Shown: piece by piece, positions 25,235 to 36,156 of the stretch
Position numbering within the stretch: position 1 is the first letter of the stretch
How the letters are laid out: each line of letters opens with the position of its first letter
NCBI RefSeq assembly: GCF_902713615.1
Contig: NC_052150.1
Span: 176,706,107 to 176,770,106 of the forward strand
Source: Scyliorhinus canicula
Lineage: Eukaryota
Length of the DNA: 64,000 bases
Reading direction: 5' to 3'
Notes under the pieces: generated by a model
Database searches by the model: none
Seen by the model: the letters and a program-made list of their open reading frames with translations, nothing else
Told to the model about the DNA's origin: nothing
Position numbers and translations under genes: made by a program

Positions 25235-26660
25235 CCAAGCTGGTGGATGGGGTGCCAATCGAGTGGGCCACTTTGTCCTGGATGGTGTCATGCTCCTCGA
25301 GTGTTATTGGAGCTACAGTCATCCAGGCACACTACTGACTTGTGTCTTGTAGATGGTGGACAGGCTTTGGGGAGTCAGGAGTTGAGTGACTCTCTGCAGA
25401 ATTCCTGGTCTCTGACAGCTCTTGTAGCCACAGTATTTAGCTAGTTAGTTCAGTTCAGTTTCTGGTCAATGATAACCCCCAGGATATTGACAGTGGAGGA
25501 TTCAGTAATGGCAATGCCATTGAATGTCAAGGGGATATAGCTGGATTAGAAATGGTAATTGCATGCTACTTGTGTGGCATAAATGTTATTTGCCATTTGT
25601 CATCGCAAGTCCGAATGTTGTCCAGGTCTTGCTGCATTTTGACGTGGACTGCTTCAGTGTCTGAGGAGGTACAAATGATGTTGAATGTAGTGCAATCATC
25701 AGTGAACATCCTCACCTTTGCCCTTACGATGAAGGGAAGGTCATTGATGAAGCAGCTGAAGGTGGTAGGACCTCGGACACTACCCGGAGGTACACCTGCA
25801 GTGACTGAGATAATTGACCTCCAACAACATCAACCATCTTTCTTTGTGCCAGGCATGACTTCAACCTGTAGATCTCGGATAAAAAAATTACTGTGGATGC
25901 TGGAATCTGAAACAAAAACTGATAATATTGGACAATCTCAGCAGGTCTGACAGCATCTGTGGAGAAAGAAGAGAGTTAATGTTTCGAGTCGGGATGATTC
26001 TTTGTCACAGCTGGAGAGAATTGGAAGTGGGGTCAGATTTATACTGCAGAGGCGGGGTTAGGAGCGGTGGGGCTGGATAGGAGGCCAGCGATAGGTGGAG
26101 ATTGACAAAGATCTCGAGACCTGGGATTCTCACTGACTTCAGTATTGCTAGTCCTCCTTGGTGCCGTATTAAGTCAAATGCTACCTTGATGTCAATGGCA
26201 GTCGCTCTCATCTCACCTTTTGAGTTCAGCTCTTTTGTCCATGTTTGGACCAAGACTGTCTTGATATCAGGAGCTTTGTGGCCCTGATGGAACCCAAACA
26301 CAGCACCAGTAAACAGATTACTGCTGGAAAAGTGCTATTTGATAACACTGTTGATGACCCTTTCCATCACTTTGCTGATGATTGATAATAGGCTAATGGG
26401 GCAGCAATTGGCTGGGTTTGATTTGTCCTACTTCTTGTGTGCAGTATGTACCCTGGCAATTTTCCACATTGCCAGGTAGATGCCAGTGTTGTAGCTGCAC
26501 TGGAACAGCTTGGCGAGGGGAGCGGCAAGTTCTAAATCACAAGTCTTCAGTACTATTGCTGGAATATTTCCATGTCCATAGCCTTTGCAGTATCCAATGC
26601 CGCCAGCCATTTCTTGACATCAGATGGAGTGAATTAAATTGGCTATAGACTGGCATCGTG
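25235..26660 (-). mobile_element. CR1/L2-group LINE ORF2 fragments
   Basis: IPAIVLKTCDLELAAPLAKLFQ...WKIARV; FGFHQGH; AIDIKVAFD. Confidence 0.85.
25880..26105 (-). mobile_element. Penelope-like element terminal fragment (second family)
   Basis: GATGCTGGAATCTG...CAGCAGGTCTGACAGCATCTGTGGAG terminus with a degenerate minus-strand hammerhead-like GACTCGAAAC. Confidence 0.6.
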
Positions 26661-27135
26661 ATTCTCTTGGTCACAAACTTAAATTTACAGCTTCTAGTTA
26701 TTATTCACTCACCATCAAAAATAGTTTGGTTTTATTCGCCTCATCAAAATTCCTCATACGTTGAAATATCTCTAACATTTCCTCTTAATCATCCTTGTTC
26801 TTAAAAATTGGCCCAGTTCCACTAATCTCTCCTCATAACAAAAGCATCTTATTCCTGACATTTGAGTGAATATCTTCTGCACCCACTCCATATCCATGAA
26901 TTTTTTCAAAAAGTTGAACACATCAATCAGGACACAAACTGTGGCCAAACCAAGGACTTCAATAGGATTAGAATTCCTTCAATTCATCTAATGATGTTTT
27001 TATCATCATGAAAGCATGGAGCAAATATTCCACGGATCCCTATGCTTTTGCTGCTACTTAGATGTATGCGGTGGAACCTGATCATATTTATATAGCCATG
27101 TTGTGGAGATACCGGTGTTGGACTGAGGTGGGCAC

Positions 27136-27302
27136 AGTAAGAAGTCTTACAACACCAGGTTAAAGTTCAACAGGTTTGTTTGGAATCACTAGTTTTCGGA
27201 GCGCAGCTCCTTCATCTCACCTGATGAAGGAGCTGCGCTCCGAAAGCTAATGATTCCAAACAAACCTGTTGGACTTTAACCTGGTGTTGTAAGATCCTTA
27301 CT
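27136..27302. mobile_element. Inverted pair of Penelope-like termini forming a palindrome with arms of about 81 bp
   Basis: 27136-27216 is the near-perfect reverse complement of 27223-27302; loop TCACCT. Confidence 0.85.
27217..27253 (+). ncRNA. Minimal type I hammerhead ribozyme motif (Penelope-associated)
   Basis: UCAC-CUGAUGA-A-GGAGC UGC GCUCC-GAAA-GC-UA-AUGA; core intact, first pair of helix I mismatched. Confidence 0.65.
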
Positions 27303-27619
27303 ATATTTATCTGGTAAAGAAGTGAGGTTTGGGGGGAATTAGAGTTCTAGAGTCTGGTTGGATTATTTTGAGGAGGTGACTGGAAGCAGGAAAGAGCTTG
27401 CCAAAGGGCACGACCCCTTGCAAGTTCTGATGTAGGCAACTGGGATAAGGACTTCACAGACTCAGCCATGGTAATAAAGCTGCTGATCCCACACAAGTAG
27501 TTGTTTGAGCTGTTATAAGATGCATCAGGGAGTTTCAGTACTATGGCTGAGAATGTGGAAAAGCCTGCTTCCAGTGTGTACAGCATCATCCTTCATGGCA
27601 TCATCAATCTGCAATAACT

Positions 27620-27830
27620 GGGTAGGTTAGCTCAGTTGGCTGGAAGGCTGGATCAAGATGAGGAGTAACACCAATAATGTGAGTTCAATCCCTGCACCAG
27701 CTGAGGTTATTCATGAAGGTCCCGTCTTCTCAACCTCGCCCCTCACCTGAGGTGTGGTGACCCTCATGCTAAGTCAGCACCAATCAGCCCTCAAAGGAGA
27801 GTGCAGCCTCTGAGACTGTGGCAACATTTC
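27620..27830 (+). mobile_element. Old tRNA-derived SINE
   Basis: TAGCTCAGTTGG (box A) and GAGTTCAATCCC (box B). Confidence 0.65.
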
Positions 27831-27927
27831 TATTCACTCTGCAATATACTCTAGAGAGTGCAGCCATCTCCAGGTATGCTGCAACCAGACCCATACAAAG
27901 GGAATCATGTCATCAACCATTGCAGCA

Positions 27928-29895
27928 GCTGGCACAGCGGGCTAATTTAGGGGGGATGCCATTTAAGGTAGCAAGGGATAGGTTTAGGTACTTGGGGATT
28001 CAGGTAGCGAGGGAATGGACGGGGCTCCACAAGTGGAACTTAACAAAGCTGGTGGAGGAGGCCAGAGAGGATCTTAAGAGGTGGGATACACTGCACTTAA
28101 TGTTGACAGGGAAGGTCCAAGTGGTGAAAATGAATATTCTGCCGAGTTTCTTGTTTATCTTTCAAGCTCTCCCGATCTTTATACGAAGGGCCTTTTAACG
28201 GAAAGTGGACACAATCATTTCTGACTTTGTATGGGCGGGGAAGGTGCCGAGGGTGGGGAGGATCCTGCTACAGAGGCAGAGGCAGCAGGGGTTTTGGCGT
28301 TGCCGAACTTGCTTCATTATTATTGGGTGGCGAATGTGGACAAGGTGCGGCAGTGGTGGGAAGGAGAAGGGGCAGAGTGGGTTAGGATGGAGGAGGAATC
28401 TTGTAAGGGGTCTAGTTTGAGGGTTATGGTGACGACAGTGTTGCCAATGGCTCCGGATAGGTATTCAAGGAGCCTGGTGGTGCAGTCCACAGTGAAGATA
28501 TGGAATCAGCTGTGGAGGCAGTTTATGGTGGAAGGGATGTCGGTGCTAACGCCGCTGTGCAAGAATCATGGATTTGAGCCGGGGCGGATGGATAGTGCAC
28601 ACAGGAGGTGGAGGGAAGTGGGGCTTGTCAAGGTGAGGGATTTGTATTTGGAGGATGGTTTCGCCAGTCTGGAGGAGCTAAGGGAGAAGGTAGAGCTGCT
28701 GAGGGGGAGTGAATTCAGGAATTGGCGTGAAAGGTCTGGAGGGGTTCCCTAGGTTGCCGGGATGCACCCTGCTGGGGCAAGTGTTGCTTCTGGATATGGA
28801 AGGGGAGGGAAGAATTGGGGATATATACAAGTGGCTGGGGGTGCAGGAAGGCGAGCGGGTGGTGAAGATCAAGAAGGAATGGGAAGGGGAGTTGGGAGGA
28901 GAGATCAATTGGTGAGTATGGAGTGAGGCACTGCATAGGGTAAACGGAACCTCCTGTTGTGCAAGGGTGAGCCTGGTACAGTTTAAAGTGGTGCACAGGG
29001 TGCATATGACCCGGGCGAGAATGTGTGGGTTCTTTCAGGGAGCAGCAGATGAGCGTGAGAGGTGTGGGCGGGGGCCAGCGAATCATGTGCACATGGTTTG
29101 GGGTTGGGAAAAATTGGGAAGATTCTGGGCGGGATGTTTGCGGTCTTAGCTAGGGTAGTGGAAGAGGAGGTGGACCTGGAGTCTTTGGTGGCGATATTTG
29201 GGGTTTCAGAGAAGCCGGAGCTCATGGAGAGGAGGAAGGCTGATGTCTTGGCCTTCGCCCCTCTGAATGCACGGTGGTGAATTTTGCTGGAGTGGCGATC
29301 GGCATCGCCACCGGGGGTAGTGGTTTGGTTGGGTGACCAGTATGACTTCCTGCGATTAGAGAAGATAAAGTATGAGTTAAGGGGCTCTTCAGGGGGGTTT
29401 GAGGAAAGGTGGGGACTGTTTGTGACCGTGTTTGAGGGGCTGTTCGTCGCGGGGGACAGGGTGAAAAAGGGGGAAAAATCTGTGCAGACTGTATAGTCGA
29501 TTGGCGGTGTGGTGAATCACAGTAGCGTAATTCACACTGCATTACTATGTCTCTGTAAGCTCGGCACACGAGCAGTTGCACTGCTCTGCCACTAGGGGGA
29601 GATGCACTGGGAGTGTACGGGAGTTTGTACTGGGCTCCACCCTTGGCTCCACCCATGGCTCCTCCCCCCTAACCGGATGTATAAAGGTTGATGCTGAGAG
29701 CCTGCCTGCAGTTCATCTGTAGTTCGTCGTGTCACAGGCAGGCTCTGTTGTAAGACGATTAAAACCACTGTTCACTTCTAACCACGTGTCGCGTGAATTG
29801 AATCTCATCAGTCGGGAAGTATGTTTTCCGGGGTGTTTATTCGTTGCAACCTGTTTTGATACATGTTTGTAATACAATACATTTAAAGAAAAACG
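27928..29895 (+). mobile_element. 5'-truncated L1/Tx1 LINE with TSD
   Basis: FRYLGIQV, LALPNLLHYYW, SLVQFKVVHRVHMT...HVHM; 9-bp TSD ATTGCAGCA at 27919-27927 and 29896-29904. Confidence 0.92.
29508..29810 (+). mobile_element. Short solo LTR inserted in the L1 3' UTR
   Basis: TGTGGTG...CATCA termini; 5-bp TSD GGCGG/GTCGG (1 mismatch); TATAAA at 29680 and ATTAAA at 29758. Confidence 0.75.
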
Positions 29896-31234
29896 ATTGC
29901 AGCATTTCTAGAAGCTCAAACTGTTGTCATGCACACCACAATGTTGAGATGGTTGAATCAAATTTATAGGTGCTTTGAAGTTGTTATCCATCTTCTGCTG
30001 TCTGTTGATGGTGGATCTCACCTCTAAGGGAGAGGGTGAAACACAATGGAAGCAATTATGTCCTCCCTCAGAACGTCAGTACATCTGTTCCTTCACCAGG
30101 CCCTTAAACAATACCTACCATAGTGCCAGTGAGCCAGACTACACTGGCAGAGTCGAGTTGCAACAGTCTGTGGTTGGGCTGTCTCAAGTATTCAGAAGTC
30201 ATTGGTCACAATCTCACATGAGGTAGAGCAGCCTTCTGTTGAGGCCAGGAGGAGAGTACTTTGTAGTGGTAGAAAACATTTTTTTAAAGAAAAGGACAAT
30301 GTGACTACAGGGATGAGAAATAAATAGAAGGCTGCAATTAAAATCTTCCTTTCCTGCTTAATCTGTTTCTTCCTTGTCTGATGAGAACTGCTGTTGGATA
30401 TTGTTCTGCCCTCTCCAGGCCACTTTGTTGGTTAAAATTGTGCAATATGCAGCGCACTGTAATGATGTAATCAAAGTGCGACTTTGAGATTGCAATGAGG
30501 CCGAGGCAGGTAAAAATTAATCATTTAAAATCGCCAGGAATGTCGTGGGGTGTTCCCAAAAGCCATTTTAACTCCCGCACATCTATTCCCAATGAGTAGG
30601 TTGGATTACAATTAGAGCTAATTACTCAACAGACATTCATGGGACGTGCAAGCTTTAGGTTTGATTTATTACCAGGCCATTTGTTTACACCCCAAGCTTT
30701 CTTCTGAGATACGTCTGGCTGTCATCTTCCAACCAATGCACAGCTGAGATTGGGTGTTCACTTTATGTGTCTACAGCTGCATCCTGTAACAGTGGAGCAT
30801 TTGAATCTGCGTTGCAATGAGCAACACTAACCAATTGCTCCAATCTAATTGATTTTTATCATTTAGGCTTTTGTCTGTGCATATCACCTTGATATCTAAA
30901 TATGCACAGTTGATGACTCCCTGGAGCAGTGGTGGACTAGCCAGAGTTAAGCACCTGCTTATTCTGGCTGGCCTCATCAACTGCAAAGTGCACATGATTC
31001 CTGACTCAAACAAGCATGATATTTGTCAACTGTAACATATATCAGGGGGTGGGGCGCGGGGTGGAATCATTCTGGGTAGCGGGATCTATCAGGGAAGGAT
31101 GGAGCCAATGGGGAAGGGATCTATAAGGAGTGGGGGGATCCATCGAGTAGTAGTTTTATCGGGGCTGGTCTATCGGGGAAAGGTCGGTCAATCAGGAGGG
31201 AGGGGCCTATTGGAGGGGTTGGGGGAGCAAGTGG

Positions 31235-32000
31235 GAAAGTGGAATTGAAGCCCAAGACCAGCTATGATCATATTGAATGGTGGAGCAGGTTCGAGGGGCA
31301 GTATGACTTCTCCTGCTCCTATTTTGTATATTCTGACATTGTTCCCTCGTTCTTGGATCCATTCTTGCAACTGTTTTCTGCATCTTCTCTGACATTTTCT
31401 CAATATTCCTTAATATGGTGCCCAGAATTGGACACGTTTGAGGCTGGACCTTGAAATACTGAAAATCTGTATTTTCTACAGATTCATCCAAATCCCTTTT
31501 GTATTCTATGCCTCTATTCATAAGCACACAATTCCAGATGGCATTTAACTGCTTTTTCAACCTACTTGCTATCTTTAATAAATAAACCCTGGGTCTTTCT
31601 ATTCCTCCTGTACTCCCTTTAAATTTGTACCCTTCAGATTATATTGCCTTGCCTCATTCTTCCTACCAAAATGTATCACTTTACACTTACCTGAATTAAA
31701 TTACATATGTCTTATGTCCACCAGCCTGTCCATGTCCTTTTGAAGTTTATCACTGTCCTCCTCACAGTTCATTATACTTCCAAGTTTTGTGCCATCGGAA
31801 ATATTTGAGATTACCACTTCTACACTCAACCAGTCTAAGTCAAAGCAGTGGTCTATGTCCTCCATTCTGAAAAACAATTGCCTTTTGGAGGTCCATAGAC
31901 ACCATACCAACAGCATTATTCTCATCAACCGTCCCAGTTACGTCACCAGATAACTCGATCAAATTAGTTAAACACTATTTGCCTTAAATAAATCAATGTT
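31235..32000. mobile_element. CR1 fragments: plus-strand 3' tail (31235-31330) and minus-strand RT remnant (31330-32000)
   Basis: GATCATATTGAATGG...CTCCTGCTCCT tail; ISNISDGTKLG...DSDKLQKDMDRL. Confidence 0.75.
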
Positions 32001-32004
32001 GTAT

Positions 32005-34260
32005 GAGGGTGGGTATGGATAGAATGGTCGGAGGGATGTTTTGGGAGGGTGGTTAGCTTGGGTGGGGGTCACTGTGCTAGCAGGTAGCATTGTTAATGGG
32101 AGTGAAGTTTGGAGGGGAGATGTTTGGAGAGGAGGGGGGTGGTTGGGTTGAGGTGGTTTCCTTTGTTGGTGGATGGGGGGAGGGATATGGGGAAGGGGAG
32201 GAGACATGGGCGCACCTTGGGGAGGGCCTGGAGGTGAGCAAGATATAGGCCTGGAGGAGCCCATTAGAGAGGGGGTATGGCTGATCAGAGAGGGTGGGGA
32301 GGGGGTGTTGTGGCTTGAAGACCCCCAACATGGCTAATCTCTTTGGGGATTAAATGGGCCGATTAAGAGGTCACGTGTCTTTGTGCATTTGAGGAGTTTG
32401 AAAGCGGATCTTGTGGATTCTACAGGCGACTCATTTGAGGGTAGTGGACCAGATGAGGTTGAGGAAGGGCTGGGACAGGTTTTCTATTCGGGGTTGGACA
32501 TGAAGACGAGTGGGCGGCAGTGCTGGTGAATAAGAGGATGGTGGGAAATATAGTGACAGACCCAGGGGGCAGGGTTGTGATGGGCAGGAGGTTGGAGGGT
32601 GCTCCTTACTGTTGGTGAATATATATGCCCCAAATTGGGATGATGTAGAATTCATGAAGCAGGTTTTGACAGAGGTTCCAGACTTGGACATGCACCAGCT
32701 TATTGTGGGGTGGGGAAGTTAATACAGTGTTGGACCCTCGGGTGAAGGAAGATTTTAAGAGGTGGGATGTTCTGCCGTTATTGCTGGCTGTAAGGGTCCA
32801 GAGGGTGTTGCCAAAGTTTTTGTTCATCTTCCAGAACCTTCCGATCTTTGTGCCCAAATCCTTTTTGAGGAGGGTCAATAAGATAGATGATCTTGAAGTT
32901 CATATGAGCGTGTAAGGTACCCGGACTAGGAAGGTGTTTTTTGAGAGGGCTGGATGGGTGGGGGAGGGTTAGCGTTGCCAAACTTTGCAGAATTATTATT
33001 GGGCAGCAAACATTGCAAGGATTAGGAAGTAGGTGGTGGGGGAGAGGTCGATTTAGGGACAGATGGAAGAGGCTCATGCAGGGGCATCAGTTTGAGGGCA
33101 TCATTGCTTGCAGCTCTTATGTTCTCGCCGCCCAGGTACTCCACGAGCCTTGAGGTGGCGTCAGTGTTGAAGGTGTGGAAGCAGTGTTGGCAACAGTTCA
33201 AAATGGGAGGCGTGTCCCTGTGTGCGCTGATTTGCGGCAACCACAAGTTTGTCCCGGCTGGAATAGGAAGGGGATAGAATATTTCACGCACTTGTTTATT
33301 GGGGCGGTTTGTGGGGTGAGAGGAGTTGGATGCAATGTACCAGCCACCAAAGAGGAATGGATTCCGATATCTGCAAGTTAGACACTTTATGAGGAAGGAG
33401 CTAGCTTTGTTCCCGAAATTTCCACTCCCGACACTACAGGATAAGATTCTGCCTGAGGACGAGATAGGGTAAGGCAGGGTGTCAGCCATATATGGGGAAC
33501 TGATGGAGAGAGAGAGAGCAAGCTTCGTTGGAGGAGGTAAGACGGAAGTGGGAGGAGGAACTGGGGTATGGAGAGAGGTATTGTGAAAGGTGAACTGATC
33601 TTGGTTGTGTGTGAGACTGAGTTTCATTCAGTTTAAGGTGGTGTTTGGGGCACACATAACGGTGTCCAGGATGAGCCGGTTCTTTTCGCAGGTGGAGGAT
33701 AGGTGTGGGTCATATGCAGGGGGGCCAGTGAACCATGTCCACATGTTCTGGGCATGTCCAAAGCTGGAGGAGTTCTGGGAAACATTTGCAGACACAATTT
33801 CAAAGGTTCTGGGGTAAAGATGGCTCTGAACCCATGGGTGGCAATATTTGGAGTGTCGGGGATTGTGGAGAGAGAGGCCGACGTGTGGCCTTTGTCTCCC
33901 TGACAGTCTGGAGGCGGATATTGCTTGGGTGGTGGGACTCGGAAGCGCCCAGCATGGGAGCATGGGTGAGCAATTTGGCGGAGTTCCTGCACCTGGAGAA
34001 AATGAAGTTTGCTATCGGGGGTCGATTGAGGGGTTCTTCTCGAGGTGGAGGCTGTTTGTTGACTTATTTAATGAGTGGTAAATGCCAGCGGGAGGGTGGG
34101 GGGGGGAAATTTTCCTTTTATCGTTTGAGGTTTGCTAATATAGGTGAAAAGGGGGTGGTACGTATTTTTTGCTTGTTGTTTGTTGATGTTGCTGCTGCTT
34201 CTCTTTGTTTTGTATATATTTGAAAAAGCCTCCCAATAAAAATATTTAAATAAAAAATAA
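32005..34260 (+). mobile_element. L1/Tx1 LINE with large internal deletion (endonuclease joined to post-RT region)
   Basis: GINGPIKRSRVF, LQATHL and NIYAPN (APE endonuclease) jump near 32740 to KEDFKRWD; HVHMFWACP; AATAAA and A tail at 34235-34260. Confidence 0.88.
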
Positions 34261-34354
34261 TAGTTCAACACTGGTTCACCTTAATAAATCTGACAATTGT
34301 ATTCCTCGAAAATCATTTCTAAAAGCTTTCCCATCACTGAGGTAAAACAGCAGG

Positions 34355-34835
34355 AAGTCCAACACGTTTGTTTGGAATCACTAACTTTCGGAGCGCAGGT
34401 TCTTCATCAGGTGAGTGAAGAGGTGGGTTCCATAAACACATATATGGACAAAGTCAATGTTGCAAGGTGATACTTTGAATGAGAGTCTTTGCAGGTAAAT
34501 AAGTCCTTACAGGTCCATACTGTACGACTGGACCGAGGGATAATCACGGACATGATAATCAAGCCAGGACAGTTGGCTACCAAGGCTACACGGCCCACCC
34601 CCCTGTCACCCGCCTCACCCCGGCCCTGGAAGGGTCCTCCACCCCTTCCAGGCCGGCCAGTGTCCAGCCCAGCAGCCCACGGTCATGTATCTCCATGTCC
34701 TATCTTGTCTCTCTCTCTCTCCCTCATCATTCTTCATTCACCTCTTCATTCACCTGAGGAAGGAGCAGTGCTCCGAAAGCTAGTGTTTGAAACAAACCTG
34801 TTGGACCTTAACCTGGTGTTGTAAGACTTCTTACC
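34355..34835. mobile_element. Penelope-like element with inverted termini (minus copy 34355-34570, plus copy 34735-34835)
   Basis: Both ends match the family at 27136-27302, in opposite orientations. Confidence 0.8.
34751..34785 (+). ncRNA. Minimal type I hammerhead ribozyme motif
   Basis: CAC-CUGAGGA-A-GGAGC AGU GCUCC-GAAA-GC-UA-GUG; core, helix II and a 3-bp helix I are intact. Confidence 0.7.
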
Positions 34836-35133
34836 GTGCTCTCCCTCATCAGCCAGTTTCACGATTTTGAAAAGCACGTGAATCTCGCTGAATTTGCCCC
34901 AGTGGAGGCGGAGAATCGCAGAGACCCCGGAGAATGTCGGGCCAGGCCCGCTAATTATGTGTCAATGGTGTTTACGATATGTTCAAACTGGAATGCATTG
35001 ATGCCGCTGTCGAGGCAACATAGAATTGCAATTTGGCGTGAAACCAGTGCCTGTCATGATTTTGCCATTGGAACTGATTCTCTACCCAATCGCGTTTACC
35101 GATTCCGGCGGTGGCCGACGGAGAATTCCACCC
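34836..35133. mobile_element. Harbinger-type element right end
   Basis: Ends in GGAGAATTCCACCC; homologous to 12920-13250. Confidence 0.7.
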
Positions 35134-36156
35134 ACGATCTTGAAGCCCTCAGGAAGCACTTTGTAAGGTTCTTCATTTGGTGTTGCAAATAAAGCATCAG
35201 TACTTCAAAAGATTCCGTTAGAGAGCTGGACTGGAGAGGTGATGGAAACTCATGTGGATTAATCTGCATAAGGAGATTAATCATGAACACAGATGGTACA
35301 TATATTCATCTTGGCCTGGAATGAGCCAAGATCCTTGACCTGGTTTCAGTGATCACGCCATCAAGCAAGTGTAATTCTGATCTTCCCTTTGTAAGTTTCT
35401 TGGACTTTTACTTTTCCAGAAATGAATCTTGGTCCTTGGCTTACAGAAATTGTGAAAAATGTTGAATGCCCATTTGCCTATAAATCCAGAGTTGCAAAAT
35501 AACAGAAGGGCCTATGTACGTAAATGTAGATAGGACCCAAGGTGTAGCTTTTATAATTGAACAGGATGGTTTGCAATGACAGTTAGCGTGTATTTGCCAA
35601 ACCTGGTTTAGCAAAGCTGTTATTCGAAATATCTAGGCCTTAGCTTATTGGATCTGTGTTAATTTTCTCAGAATGTACATGGAGCTGAATGTCAGGGATT
35701 CATCAAGGGTAGAACTAAGTCTTTGGAAGACCTCGCAGAGTTTCTTTGACGGCTCATTATCTTTATGCCTGATGGCAATATGTCCATTTAGGAGTGTACA
35801 ACATGTAGCAAATGCTTCCATTAGTATTGCTTGCCGCATCTTTTCTGAGGTCACTCTATGACATAGCATGGGCATGAAGGGCATGAGGGTCAGAAGACTG
35901 TAGCAATTGATTCTGGGCGGAATTTTGCAATTTTTTTCTAAGTGTCGGCCTCAGCGGGTAACCGGGGAGAATCACACCAGCGTCATCAGTCGCCGTTTTT
36001 TCAGCCTCTTTAAGAATTTTCTTTCATGAATTTCACACCACACCCGTCGCGGCCTGCCTCTGATTCGCTCGCCCTGCTCCAGCTTAACCTTAACAATCAG
36101 TGGAGCTCACCATTTAAATGCCTTGCCAACACTTGTTCCAAGTCCAATCAAGGAGA

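Noticed and set aside
30419-30509. Exon-like segment with good acceptor and donor
   Set aside because: Stops in all three frames; at most a non-coding exon, which cannot be supported without transcripts
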